Of a DNA stretch of 64,000 nt, positions 55,548 through 64,000 are shown in pieces. Within the stretch, counting starts at the first letter, position 1; each line of letters opens with the position of its first letter. The stretch is from Alphaproteobacteria bacterium (GTDB lineage Bacteria; Pseudomonadota; Alphaproteobacteria; Bin95): NCBI GenBank assembly GCA_964291285.2, contig OZ219788.1, positions 315,136 through 379,135 of the forward strand. Direction: 5' to 3'. The notes beneath the pieces are model-generated. The model did not search any database. It worked only from the letters and a program-made list of their open reading frames with translations, and was not told where the DNA came from. Made by a program: the position numbers and the translations under genes.

Positions 55548-55609
55548 GGATGTCATGGAATGTCATGTTTCGTCATGGAGTCCTGCGGAAATGTCATGGA
55601 ATGTCATGG
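55548..55609. repeat. blocks 2 and 3 of the same phased hexamer motif (3 + 2 units)
   Basis: GGATGTCATGGAATGTCATGTTTCGTCATG, then GAGTCCTGC, then GGAAATGTCATGGAATGTCATGG. Confidence 0.85.
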
Positions 55610-56231
55610 TCCGCTGTCGTCTCCGCCTCTGCGGGCCGGCGCGGCGCGGGCTTGGGCTGCGGGTGCGAGGCGCTCCGGCAGCATCGCCGCCAGTGCGGGG
55701 CGGGGGTCGGTTGCGGTCATCGTCTCTCCTCTCCGACGGGGAGCGGGTCCCTGTTTCGCGCGTATCCCGCGCGGGCGCGTGTCGGCGCCGGCGCGGTTCG
55801 CGCGCCTGATTGCGCGCGCGAGGCGGAGGACGCACGTCTCCCGTCGGCTTCTCACGGGTTTTCAGAAACTGGCGCCGCCCGGCCGCGCGGCACCCGGGGA
55901 CGCGGCTCCGGAGTCCGCTTCCCTGGGGACCATCATACCACAATCCGCCAGATGTCAAGATCAAAACACGAATAAAAATCAAACTTATCCGAAATTGTTC
56001 ATATTCCGCTTGCGGGAGAGGCAGGGAGAGGGCCTTGCGGACGGTCCTTCCTCCGGCCCGGGGACGCCGGCGCGGACTCCCCACCGGCGGGCGTGACCTG
56101 TTGCAGCGGCGCCACACATTCGCCAATCAGATAATTCCGTCCCTGAAAATCGGAAAATCAAGCCTTTTGCCGCCGCAAAACCGCAACAGGAATTATGGGC
56201 AATTTCAGCAGAACGTCCCGCAACGGGGATT

Positions 56232-57506
56232 ATGAGAAATTTCCTCATGACGACCGCAGCCGCCGGCGCTCTGGCATGCGCCGGAGTCATGGCGGCGGGG
56301 CCGGCTTCGGCGGCTGACATGTTGTCGGTCGGCGTCGGCGGTTACATGGAACAGTGGGTGGGCTACGCCAACCGCGACGACAGCGGCGCGGACGGCGGCA
56401 TCACCGTGCAGTCGGACTCGGAAATCTATTTCCAGGGTTCGCTGGAAGCCGACAGCGGGCTCAAGTTCACGGTCCATGTGCAGCTTGAGGCCAACAACGA
56501 CGAAGACAAGATCGGGGACGACACCCCCGAAAACACCGAGATCGACGAGTCGTTCGCGCGCATGAGCGGCGAGTTCGGCACGATCGAGATCGGCCAGCGC
56601 GACCCGATCCATGCGCGCACGCATTATGCGGCGGCGTTCGGCGCGGGCGTCGGCCTGAACGCCGGCGACACGCAGAAGTGGATCCCGGGCGCCTATCTGG
56701 AGACCGCCGGCTGGACGATCCCGGGCGACGACCTGGGCGTGATCTACATCACCCCGCGCGTGAACGGCGTGCAGGTGGGCGTGTCCTACCACCCGGACTC
56801 GACGAACGAGGACGCCCCGACCAGGGCGCCGGAAAACAACGACAACGCCGCCATGGCCGCGGGCATCAACTTCAACCACACCATCGGCGATATGTCGGTC
56901 AAGGTCTCACTGGGGCATGTCAACGTCTCGAACCCCGGCAGCCTGTCGTACAACGCGGAGAACTCCGCCGCCGATAGCGACGACATGATGAAGGGCTTCG
57001 AGGACAAGACCTTCACCAATGCGGGCCTGTCGATCGGCATGGGCGCGTTCACCTTCCAGGCCTCCTACGCCACCCGCGACGACGGCGGCTATGTGGCGGA
57101 GTGCTGGACCGGTGCCGGCACGGAGGATGCGGCCCTAGTTGACTGCGGCAAACTGCCGGAGGACTTGGCCCATACGGCGGCCGACGAAGCGACCGGTGTT
57201 TACCCGAACATTGACCCCGATGGTGCTAATACTCCCATCAACGGCATCCTCGCCGTCGAGGACAAGTCGGGCCAGCACGACACCTTCGCCATCGGCATCG
57301 GCTACACGGACGGCCCGATGTCGGTGAGCATCGGCCACATGGTCCGCGATGCCGAGAACGGCGACGAGCGGACCGCGACCATGGTCTCGGCCGGCTACAA
57401 GCTGGCGCCGGGCGTGGACTGGAAGACCTCGATCTTCGGCGTCGAGGACACCGCCAAGGGCACGGAAGGCACCGCCTTCGTGACCGGCATCGACATCCAC
57501 TTCTAG
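56232..57506 (+). CDS. outer-membrane porin (424 aa)
   Basis: Signal peptide ...AAGPASA/AD, alternating beta-strand pattern, acidic loops and a C-terminal ...FVTGIDIHF ending in Phe. Confidence 0.85.
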   Translation: MRNFLMTTAAAGALACAGVMAAGPASAADMLSVGVGGYMEQWVGYANRDDSGADGGITVQSDSEIYFQGSLEADSGLKFTVHVQLEANNDEDKIGDDTPENTEIDESFARMSGEFGTIEIGQRDPIHARTHYAAAFGAGVGLNAGDTQKWIPGAYLETAGWTIPGDDLGVIYITPRVNGVQVGVSYHPDSTNEDAPTRAPENNDNAAMAAGINFNHTIGDMSVKVSLGHVNVSNPGSLSYNAENSAADSDDMMKGFEDKTFTNAGLSIGMGAFTFQASYATRDDGGYVAECWTGAGTEDAALVDCGKLPEDLAHTAADEATGVYPNIDPDGANTPINGILAVEDKSGQHDTFAIGIGYTDGPMSVSIGHMVRDAENGDERTATMVSAGYKLAPGVDWKTSIFGVEDTAKGTEGTAFVTGIDIHF

Positions 57507-57533
57507 ACCGTCTCCCTCACCGGGAACTGACGG

Positions 57534-57564
57534 GCGGGCCGCCTCCGGGCGGCCCGCTTTTTTT
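57534..57564 (+). terminator. Rho-independent terminator of the porin gene
   Basis: The 10-bp GC stem GCGGGCCGCC / GGCGGCCCGC has a 4-nt loop and is followed by T7. Confidence 0.85.
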
Positions 57565-57636
57565 CCGTGGCCGGCGGCCAGCAGGCAAGCCGCCCGCCCC
57601 CAGCCGCCGCCCGTTTGATACCGGCCGGATACCGCC

Positions 57637-58104
57637 CTAGTCCTGCCGTCCTTCGAGGTCCAGTTCCGGTTCCGCGACTGCGGGCTCTTCGATGGCGAGG
57701 GGCGGGCTGCCGATCCGCCCGCTATTGCCGATCAGGGCCGCGTCGAAGGTGTTCAGCACGTCAACCCCGGCAGCGAGCGCCGAGGCGACATGAACGGAAT
57801 CCCTCGGATGAACGCCATGATCCCATACCAGGTCGCGCGCCGCCTCCGAGATCCGCCGCGTCAGCATCATCGTTCGGATGGACGGGCGGTTGAAGAAGGC
57901 TTCAACCGTTGCGCGCCGCTCCGCCGGCAAGGCGTCCCTGGGCCGAAGCCGCAAAACCTCGGTGAGGGTGAACACGCTTGTCACGATCCCGATTTCGCCG
58001 CGCTCCGCCAGCAGCAATACATCCGAGCATCTATCGGCCCGGCCGTCCTCCTCCTGCAGGTATGCGAGGAAACAGTTCGAGTCCCAGTACCGGCGCTCCA
58101 CCAT
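57637..58104 (-). CDS. PIN-domain protein (155 aa), putative toxin ribonuclease
   Basis: RYWDSNCFLAYL (Asp), TSVFTLTEV (Glu), DSVHVASA (Asp), NTFD (Asp). The ATG shares one base with the upstream stop (TGATG at 58102-58106). Confidence 0.75.
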   Translation of the reverse strand: MVERRYWDSNCFLAYLQEEDGRADRCSDVLLLAERGEIGIVTSVFTLTEVLRLRPRDALPAERRATVEAFFNRPSIRTMMLTRRISEAARDLVWDHGVHPRDSVHVASALAAGVDVLNTFDAALIGNSGRIGSPPLAIEEPAVAEPELDLEGRQD

Positions 58105-58781
58105 CAACCGGAAGCAAGCAGTCCGCGGAATTCGCCGACCGGGGTTTCGTCGTAGGGGAACAATTCGACTTCCTCGGCCCTGATGCTTGTCGGCACCCCT
58201 GCCCGGTCGTAGTGAACCATGCCGTGAGCCGCGACACGCTGTCTCCACATGCCCTGCATGGACTCGACGAGATCATCCGGCACAGTGCATCGCACAGCCA
58301 TATTCCAGACCGGTTCGGAAATCGTGAAGTGGAGGCGGCCCCGGGCACTCAGGGTATCGAGAGTGCCTTCGACGGTGCCATATTCGGCTATCCGGCTCGG
58401 GTGCCGAACGGTCTCCCGCCGGTCTTCGGCCAGGATATCCCGGCGGTCCGCGCCTGCCAGAAGGCGCGTTGCCGGAACCGCACGCGGAAACCGGTGAAGA
58501 CTCCTGCGGATGCGCCCCGTCGGTTCCCGCACGGTTTCATGAATCCGGCTGGCCGTTTCGGTGTCGGTCGCCGCCGGCAGATTGGCCGCAATCAACACGC
58601 TGCCCTCGGAGACCGAAATCTCCCAGTGAACGGCATCGGGGTCGCCACAGGCTTCTTCCGAAATCTCGCTCAGCAATCCGGTGAAGGCCCGCACGACCCG
58701 CTGGAAATCGCGGTAAGGCACCTTGCCTGGACCGAGTTCCAGAGTCAGGGCGGGGGTATCTTCGGCGGCGGCCATGCTCAT
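58104..58781 (-). CDS. hypothetical protein (225 aa), translationally coupled upstream partner of the PIN protein
   Basis: Start chosen at MSMAAAED. High GC3. No RHH, AbrB or HTH motif recognised. Confidence 0.55.
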   Translation of the reverse strand: MSMAAAEDTPALTLELGPGKVPYRDFQRVVRAFTGLLSEISEEACGDPDAVHWEISVSEGSVLIAANLPAATDTETASRIHETVREPTGRIRRSLHRFPRAVPATRLLAGADRRDILAEDRRETVRHPSRIAEYGTVEGTLDTLSARGRLHFTISEPVWNMAVRCTVPDDLVESMQGMWRQRVAAHGMVHYDRAGVPTSIRAEEVELFPYDETPVGEFRGLLASG

Positions 58782-58949
58782 TGCCTCCCGAACAGGGGCG
58801 AAGCCTACGCCATGGACGGGCCCCGGTAAAGCAACCGCCTGGCCTCGATGCCCGGCAAGGCGCCGGCAGCGCGCCCGCGCCCGCCCCTGCATGTCTCCGG
58901 GCCGCCGCCGCGGCTATAGTGGCGGCGGCGGAGGCGAACGGAGGTCGGG

Positions 58950-60392
58950 ATGGCGGCTTTTGCGGACTATGAAAACCACGATGCGGTGGGGCTGGCCGCG
59001 CTGGTCGCAAGCGGCGGGGCCGCGCCGGAGGAGCTTCTGGAGGCCGCGATCGAGCGGGTCGAGGCGCGCAACGGCGCCGTCAACGCCGTCACCGCCCGGC
59101 TCTACGACCACGGCCGGCAGGCCATCGCCGACGGGCTGCCCGACGGGCCGCTCCGGGGCGTGCCCTACCTGCTGAAGGACCTGAGCGCCTCGCTCGCCGG
59201 CTTCCCGACCACGCGCGGCTGCCGGTTCTTCGAGGACGCCGTGCCGGCCGAGGACAGCGAGCTCGTGAAGCGGCTGAAGCGCGCCGGCGTGGTGATCTTC
59301 GGGCGGACCAACACCTGCGAGCTCGGCCTCAGCCTCACCTGCGAGCCGCAATTGCACGGGGCGACGAAGAACCCCTGGGACACGGCGCGCATATCCGGCG
59401 GCTCCAGCGGCGGGGCGGCCGCGGCCGTCGGCGCGCGCATGCTGCCGGCCGCCCACGCCTCGGACGGCTTCGGCTCGATCCGCGCGCCGGCGGCCTGCTG
59501 CGGGCTGGTCGGGCTCAAGCCCACCCGCAACCGCAACACCATGGCGCCCTTCATGGGCGAGGGGCTGGGGGGCCTGTCCACCGAGCACGCCGTCACGCTC
59601 ACCGTGCGCGACAGCGCCGCCCTGCTCGACGCCACGCGCGGGCCGGGCGCGGGCGACCCCTACAGCGCCGCACCCCCGGCCCGGCCCTTCCTGGAGGAGG
59701 CCGGCGCCGACCCCGGCCGGCTGCGCATCGCCTTTACCCGCCGCGCACCGAACGGCGCCGAAGTCGGGGCGGACGCGCTCCGCGTGCTGGAGGAGACCGC
59801 GGGCCTCGCCGCCGGGCTCGGGCACGAGGTGGAGGAGGCCGACCCCGCCATCGACGGCGGGGCCGTGGTGCCGGTCTTCCTCACCCTCATGGCGGCCAAC
59901 ACCGCGGTCAATCTCGCGAGCCACCCGACCGCCGGGCGCGCGGCCCGCGAGGACGAGGTGGAGCGCGTCACCTGGCTCTCCGCGCAGATGGCCGAACGGG
60001 TGAGCGGGGCGGACTATGTGCGCGCGACGCAGGCCATGCACCGGCTCGGCCGGCAGATGGCCGCCTTCCACGCCGGTTACGACCTGCTGCTGACGCCGGG
60101 GCTGGCGACGGGCGCCGCGGTCGAGCTCGGCTGGCTCGACATGATGATGGAGGACGTGGACGAATACTGGCGGCGCGTGTTCGCCTTCTCGCCCTTCACC
60201 GTCTGGTTCAACATCACCGGCCAGCCGGCGGTCATGCTGCCGGTCGGCACGAACGCCGCCGGCCTGCCGGTCGCCGTGCAGGCGGTGGCGCCCTACGGGG
60301 ACGAGGCCGCGCTGTTGCGCTTCTCCGCCCAGATCGAGGCCGCCCGCCCCTGGTTCGCCCGCAAGCCGCCGCTCGCAGGCGGAACGGGCTGA
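58950..60392 (+). CDS. amidase (amidase-signature family, 480 aa)
   Basis: ...GVPYLLKD...GGSSGGAAAAV...ASDGFGSIRAPAACCGLVGLKPT. Confidence 0.9.
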   Translation: MAAFADYENHDAVGLAALVASGGAAPEELLEAAIERVEARNGAVNAVTARLYDHGRQAIADGLPDGPLRGVPYLLKDLSASLAGFPTTRGCRFFEDAVPAEDSELVKRLKRAGVVIFGRTNTCELGLSLTCEPQLHGATKNPWDTARISGGSSGGAAAAVGARMLPAAHASDGFGSIRAPAACCGLVGLKPTRNRNTMAPFMGEGLGGLSTEHAVTLTVRDSAALLDATRGPGAGDPYSAAPPARPFLEEAGADPGRLRIAFTRRAPNGAEVGADALRVLEETAGLAAGLGHEVEEADPAIDGGAVVPVFLTLMAANTAVNLASHPTAGRAAREDEVERVTWLSAQMAERVSGADYVRATQAMHRLGRQMAAFHAGYDLLLTPGLATGAAVELGWLDMMMEDVDEYWRRVFAFSPFTVWFNITGQPAVMLPVGTNAAGLPVAVQAVAPYGDEAALLRFSAQIEAARPWFARKPPLAGGTG

Positions 60393-60484
60393 GCCAGGGC
60401 CGGCGGGCGTTCCCGCCCATTCCGGGTGCATTGCCGATTTGCCCTTGCCCATCCTGCAACAACAAATTATACATACACAGCGCA

Positions 60485-60775
60485 ATGCAATTCGAATGGG
60501 ACGAAGCCAAGGACCGGGCGAATGTCGCCAAGCATGGGATCGATTTCGAGACCGCGAAACGGATATTCGACGGTCCGGTGCTCACGCGGCCGGACCGGCG
60601 CCGGGATTACGGCGAGGAGCGGTATATCGGCATCGGCCGGGTGGCGGCCGCCACGGTCGTCGTAGCATATACCGAACGCGGCGGCCGCCTGCGGCTCATC
60701 TCGGCGCGCCCGGCGTCCGGCAAGGAGAGAAGGGCATATCGTGAGCGGATATTCGAGACCCCTGACGCCGGCTGA
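60485..60775 (+). CDS. brnT: BrnT-family (DUF497) toxin
   Basis: MQFEWDEAKDRANVAKHGIDFETAKRIF...ERYIGIGR...VVAYTERGGRLRLISARPASGKERRAY. Confidence 0.85.
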   Translation: MQFEWDEAKDRANVAKHGIDFETAKRIFDGPVLTRPDRRRDYGEERYIGIGRVAAATVVVAYTERGGRLRLISARPASGKERRAYRERIFETPDAG

Positions 60776-60998
60776 GATCGCGTCCGTCCCGGACGAGGAG
60801 ATCGATTTCACCGACATCCCGGAACTGGACGCGGATTTCTGGCGCGAGGCCGAACTCGGCCGGCCCGACCGCACGGAGCAGATCACCATGCGCGTCAAGC
60901 GTTCGGTGCTGGACTATTTCCGCGCGCCCGGCAAGGGATACCAGACCCGGATCAACCGCGTGCTCGAAAGCTATGTGCGGGCGCAAGGCGGGTCGTGA
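60741..60998 (+). CDS. brnA: BrnA-family (DUF4415-like) antitoxin
   Basis: ...IDFTDIPELDADFWREA...ITMRVKRSVLDYFRAPGKGYQTRINRVLESYV. It overlaps brnT by 35 nt. Confidence 0.8.
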   Translation: MSGYSRPLTPAEIASVPDEEIDFTDIPELDADFWREAELGRPDRTEQITMRVKRSVLDYFRAPGKGYQTRINRVLESYVRAQGGS

Positions 60999-61079
60999 CG
61001 GTGACGAGAAAACCGCGCTGACGGGCCGGATCTGCGCTATCCTGCCGGTTGACGCTTGCGGCTGCTGGAGGACGCCCGG

Positions 61080-62678
61080 ATGGACGACATTCTCATCAGG
61101 GGCGGCGAGGTCGTGAACGGGACCGGCGCGCCCGCGCGCAAGGCGGACGTGGCGATCCGGGGCGGGCGCATCCAGGCCGTCGAGGAGGGCTACACGGGCA
61201 GCGCGGAGACGGTGATCGACGCCGAGGGCCTGACCGTCGCGCCCGGCTTCATCGACATCCACACCCATTCCGACTTCACCCTGCCGCTCAACCCGAAGGC
61301 GGAATGCAAGATCCGCCAGGGCGTGACCACAGAGGTGGTCGGCAATTGCGGCTTCTCCGTGGCGCCCGCGCTGCCCGGCAAGGTGGAGATGCTGCGCGAC
61401 TACCTCTCCGCGAGCGCGCCCTGGCTGCCCTTCGAGGAGACGGACTTCGCCCGCTACATGGACACATGGCCGGCGCTTTCGCTGAACACCGTCATGCAGG
61501 CCGGCCACAACACGCTACGCCTGATGGCGATGGGCATGGAGGACCGCGACCCCTCCGAGGCGGAGCTCCGGCACATGCAGGAGATGCTGGCGGAGGCGCT
61601 GGAGGCGGGCGCGCTCGGGCTTTCCTCCGGCCTCTTCACCGCGCCCGGCTGCTACGCCAGGCCGGAGGAGGTGCTGGCGCTCGGCCGGGTGGTGAAGGCG
61701 CATGGCGGGCGCTATTCGAGCCATGTGCGCGACGAGAGCCACGGCGTGCACGAGGCGGTGGCGGAAGCGATCGATGTCGGCGAGCAGTGCGGCATCCATG
61801 TCCAGGTGGCGCATCTCAAGCTCTCCGGCACCGGGCGCTGGGGCGAGGCGGATGAGCTGCTCGGCCAGTTCACGCGGGCGCGGGCGCGCGGCGTGGACGT
61901 GCACTGCGACCAGTATCCCTATGACTGGGCGACCAACCCGCTGCGTTTCCTGCTGCCGGTCTGGCTGCAGGAGGGCGGCATCGACGCGATGCTGGCGCGG
62001 CTCGCCAACCCGGAGATCCGCTCGCGCGTGCGCCAGAAGATCGCCGAGGTCGGCTTCAACAATTTCGGCCATATCGAGAGCTGGGACGATATCCGCATCG
62101 CCAACTCGCCCGGCGCCGCCCGGCCGGGCATGACCATCGCCGAGATCGCCGCCGAGCGCGACTGCGACCCGCTGGAGGCCGTGTTCGACATCACCGTCGA
62201 GGACCGGGGCGGGACGCGCATCCTGGTGCGCAGCATGTCGGAGGAGGACGTGCGGCGGATCGCGGCCGAGCCCTCCATGACGGTCGGCTCCGACGGCCCC
62301 TGCGTCGCGCCCTACGGCGTCACCTCCCAGGGCAAGCCGCATCCGAGGCTCTACGGCACCTTCCCGCGCGTGCTCGGCCGCTACGCCCGCGACGAGGGCC
62401 TGCTGAGCCTGCCGCAGGCGGTCGCGAAGATGACCGGCAACGCGGCCCGCGCCCTCGGCATGGCGGACCGGGGCCTGCTGCGCGGAGGCCAGGCGGCCGA
62501 TGTCGCGCTGTTCGACGCAGGCACGATCCGCGACGAGGCGACCTTCGACGAGCCGCACACCTACCCGGCGGGCGTCGAGACGGTGATCGTCAACGGCGAG
62601 GTGGTCATCCACGGGGGCGAACACACCGGCGCGCTCCCCGGCCGCCTCCTCCGCCGCCGCGAGGGCGTGCTGGGTTAG
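61080..62678 (+). CDS. N-acyl-D-amino-acid deacylase (D-aminoacylase, amidohydrolase superfamily)
   Basis: MDDILIRGGEVVNGTG...APGFIDIHTHSD...YSSHVRDE...HVQVAHLK...CDQYPY.... An alternative upstream start is at 61056. Confidence 0.88.
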   Translation: MDDILIRGGEVVNGTGAPARKADVAIRGGRIQAVEEGYTGSAETVIDAEGLTVAPGFIDIHTHSDFTLPLNPKAECKIRQGVTTEVVGNCGFSVAPALPGKVEMLRDYLSASAPWLPFEETDFARYMDTWPALSLNTVMQAGHNTLRLMAMGMEDRDPSEAELRHMQEMLAEALEAGALGLSSGLFTAPGCYARPEEVLALGRVVKAHGGRYSSHVRDESHGVHEAVAEAIDVGEQCGIHVQVAHLKLSGTGRWGEADELLGQFTRARARGVDVHCDQYPYDWATNPLRFLLPVWLQEGGIDAMLARLANPEIRSRVRQKIAEVGFNNFGHIESWDDIRIANSPGAARPGMTIAEIAAERDCDPLEAVFDITVEDRGGTRILVRSMSEEDVRRIAAEPSMTVGSDGPCVAPYGVTSQGKPHPRLYGTFPRVLGRYARDEGLLSLPQAVAKMTGNAARALGMADRGLLRGGQAADVALFDAGTIRDEATFDEPHTYPAGVETVIVNGEVVIHGGEHTGALPGRLLRRREGVLG

Positions 62679-63082
62679 TGCCCCGCGGGCAGTTCCGCCA
62701 GTTCGATGACGATGCCGCCGGTGGACGCCGGGTCGAGGAAGGCGATGCGGCTGCCGCCGTGGCCGGTGCGGGGCGTCTCGTCGATCAGGCGCACGCCCTT
62801 GCCTTTCAGTTCCGCGAGCGCGGCGTCGATGTCGTCCACCTCGAAGCAGAGATGGTAGATGCTCTCGCCCTTGTCCTCGATCCAGCCGTTCACCTGCGAG
62901 GCCGGGCCCTCGGCCTGCAGCAGCTCGATGCTGGTCTCGCCGACCGGATACATGGCGAGCCGCGTGTCGCCGATGCGCTCCTCATAGTCGAGTTCGAGAC
63001 CGAGCGTCTCCTCCAGCATCTTCATCGATGCCTTCATGTCGCGCACCGCGATGGCGACATGTTCCACGCGCTTGAGTTTCAT
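62675..63082 (-). CDS. mce: methylmalonyl-CoA epimerase (VOC/glyoxalase family, 135 aa)
   Basis: VEHVAIAVRDM...HLCFEVDDIDAALAELKGKGVRLID...GHGGSRIAFLDP...GGIVIEL. Confidence 0.8.
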   Translation of the reverse strand: MKLKRVEHVAIAVRDMKASMKMLEETLGLELDYEERIGDTRLAMYPVGETSIELLQAEGPASQVNGWIEDKGESIYHLCFEVDDIDAALAELKGKGVRLIDETPRTGHGGSRIAFLDPASTGGIVIELAELPAGH

Positions 63083-63122
63083 GCTTTGCTCACCCGTTCA
63101 TCCGTTACCCGTTCGGGCGGGC

Positions 63123-64000
63123 ATGTTCCTCCGCGAATCCGGCCATTACAAGACCAGTTACCGCGCCGACATGGCGCTGTTCCCGCATCCGGCCGTCGCC
63201 CGGACCGTGTGGGCCTCGCTGTTCCTGCTGTTCGTGCCGGTGCCGCTGTTCGGCAGCGAGCACCTGCTGGCGGTGCTGACGCTCAACGCGATCAACCTCA
63301 CGGGCGCGCTCGGGCTCACCATCCTGCTCGGCTATGCCGGCCAGATCTCGCTCGGCCACGGCGCCTTCATGTCGGTCGGCGCCTACACGGCCGCCAATCT
63401 CGCGGTGCGGCTCGACATGCCGTTCTGGCTCACGCTCCCGGCCGGCGCGGCCATGGCGGCACTGGTCGGCATCGTCGTCGGCCTGCCGTCGCTGCGCATC
63501 CGCGGCTTCTACCTCGCCATCGCCACGCTCGCCGCGCAGCTCGTCATCGAGTGGATCATCAACCGCACGCCGGCGATCTCGGGCGGCATCCAGGCCTCGA
63601 TCCACGTGCCGCGCCCGGAACTGTTCGGGCTCAGGCTCGACAGCGCGGCGGAGCTCTACCTGTTCGTCATGGCCGTGGCCGTCGCCGGGCTGCTGGCGGC
63701 GCTCAATCTCGGCCGCTCCCGCCTCGGCCGCGCCATGGTGGCCGTGCGCGAGCACGAGACCGCGGCCTCCCTCATGGGCGTGGACACCGCCCGGGTGAAG
63801 CTCGCCGCCTTCGCCCTCTCGGCGGCCTATGGCGGCGTTGCGGGCGTGCTGTTCACCTACTATCTGGGCGTCGCCAACTACCAGCAATACACCTTCGCCA
63901 TTTCCATCTACTACCTCGCCGTCAACATCATCGGCGGGCTCGGCAGCGTGTGGGGCGCGCTGCTGGGGCTCGCCTTCCTCAGCCTCGTGCCGCGCTTTGT
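63123..64000 (+). CDS. branched-chain amino-acid ABC transporter permease (LivM-like), 3' end off window
   Basis: My translation from ATG 63123 is MFLRESGHYKTSYRADMALF...LLGYAGQISLGHGAFMSVGAYTAANL...LPSLRIRGFYLAIATLA.... The frame is open to the window edge and is not listed in the ORF track. Confidence 0.8.
   Translation, partial: MFLRESGHYKTSYRADMALFPHPAVARTVWASLFLLFVPVPLFGSEHLLAVLTLNAINLTGALGLTILLGYAGQISLGHGAFMSVGAYTAANLAVRLDMPFWLTLPAGAAMAALVGIVVGLPSLRIRGFYLAIATLAAQLVIEWIINRTPAISGGIQASIHVPRPELFGLRLDSAAELYLFVMAVAVAGLLAALNLGRSRLGRAMVAVREHETAASLMGVDTARVKLAAFALSAAYGGVAGVLFTYYLGVANYQQYTFAISIYYLAVNIIGGLGSVWGALLGLAFLSLVPRF

Noticed and set aside
55347-55609. CRISPR array or minisatellite
   Set aside because: The units are 10 bp, not 24-40 bp repeats with unique spacers. 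There are only three short blocks and no cas genes. It is treated as a regulatory or iteron-like repeat instead.
53491-55809. 772-aa ORF on the plus strand
   Set aside because: Antisense to the isochorismatase and binding-protein genes, and it runs through intergenic DNA. No motifs.
60485-60998. BrnT/BrnA pair as a novel finding
   Set aside because: It is a canonical, well-described type II TA module in the usual toxin-first order. It is reported only as a feature.

Overview
High-GC, alphaproteobacteria-like chromosomal window (taxon is inference from gene content and codon style). It has two parts.

(A) Positions 1 to ~44,680 are an accessory mosaic of nested mobile elements carrying defence genes.
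- An IS66-family element (5180-33599) is split by an IS21-family element (5220-7374, TSD GCGTG).
- The IS66 tnpC gene is split by an IS1634-group element (9747-33478, TSD TCAAG).
- The IS1634 transposase gene is in turn split by a 21.8-kb integrative mobilizable element (IME, 11155-32979) bounded by 11-bp direct repeats ACACCGCGCGC.
- The IME carries two tandem tyrosine integrases and a ~13-kb co-directional defence operon: a giant SIR2 protein, hsdM, orf83, a HEPN protein, an MNT::HsdS fusion, a DUF4365 protein, orf380, a decayed ORF and hsdR.
- The IME also carries a MobF relaxase broken by a 61-bp insertion, plus RHH-like accessory genes.
- Outside the IME lie a second IS1634 copy, an IS5-family element, an orphan RTX protein, an IS630 element, a doubly truncated third integrase, a second IS21, a second stand-alone giant SIR2 protein and an IS30 remnant.
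- A vapC toxin gene cut after 13 codons marks the right edge of the accessory block.

(B) Positions ~44,680-64,000 look like ordinary core genome.
- Genes: Phd antitoxin, a histidine kinase / response regulator pair, DegP, MeaB, methylmalonyl-CoA mutase, DUF1330, a D-Ala-D-Ala dipeptidase, an EamA transporter, an isochorismatase, a PotD-like binding protein, a porin, an amidase, BrnTA, D-aminoacylase, methylmalonyl-CoA epimerase and a LivM permease.
- Two oddities stand out here: helically phased GTCATG repeats in a 1.1-kb intergenic region, and a PIN toxin coupled to an unusual 225-aa partner.

Most promising candidates for an undescribed system: the SIR2 / type I R-M super-operon with its embedded DUF4365+orf380 cassette and HEPN/MNT::HsdS fusion, and the second solitary 1227-aa SIR2 protein.

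All calls come from reading the sequence and ORF translations. No database search was run.
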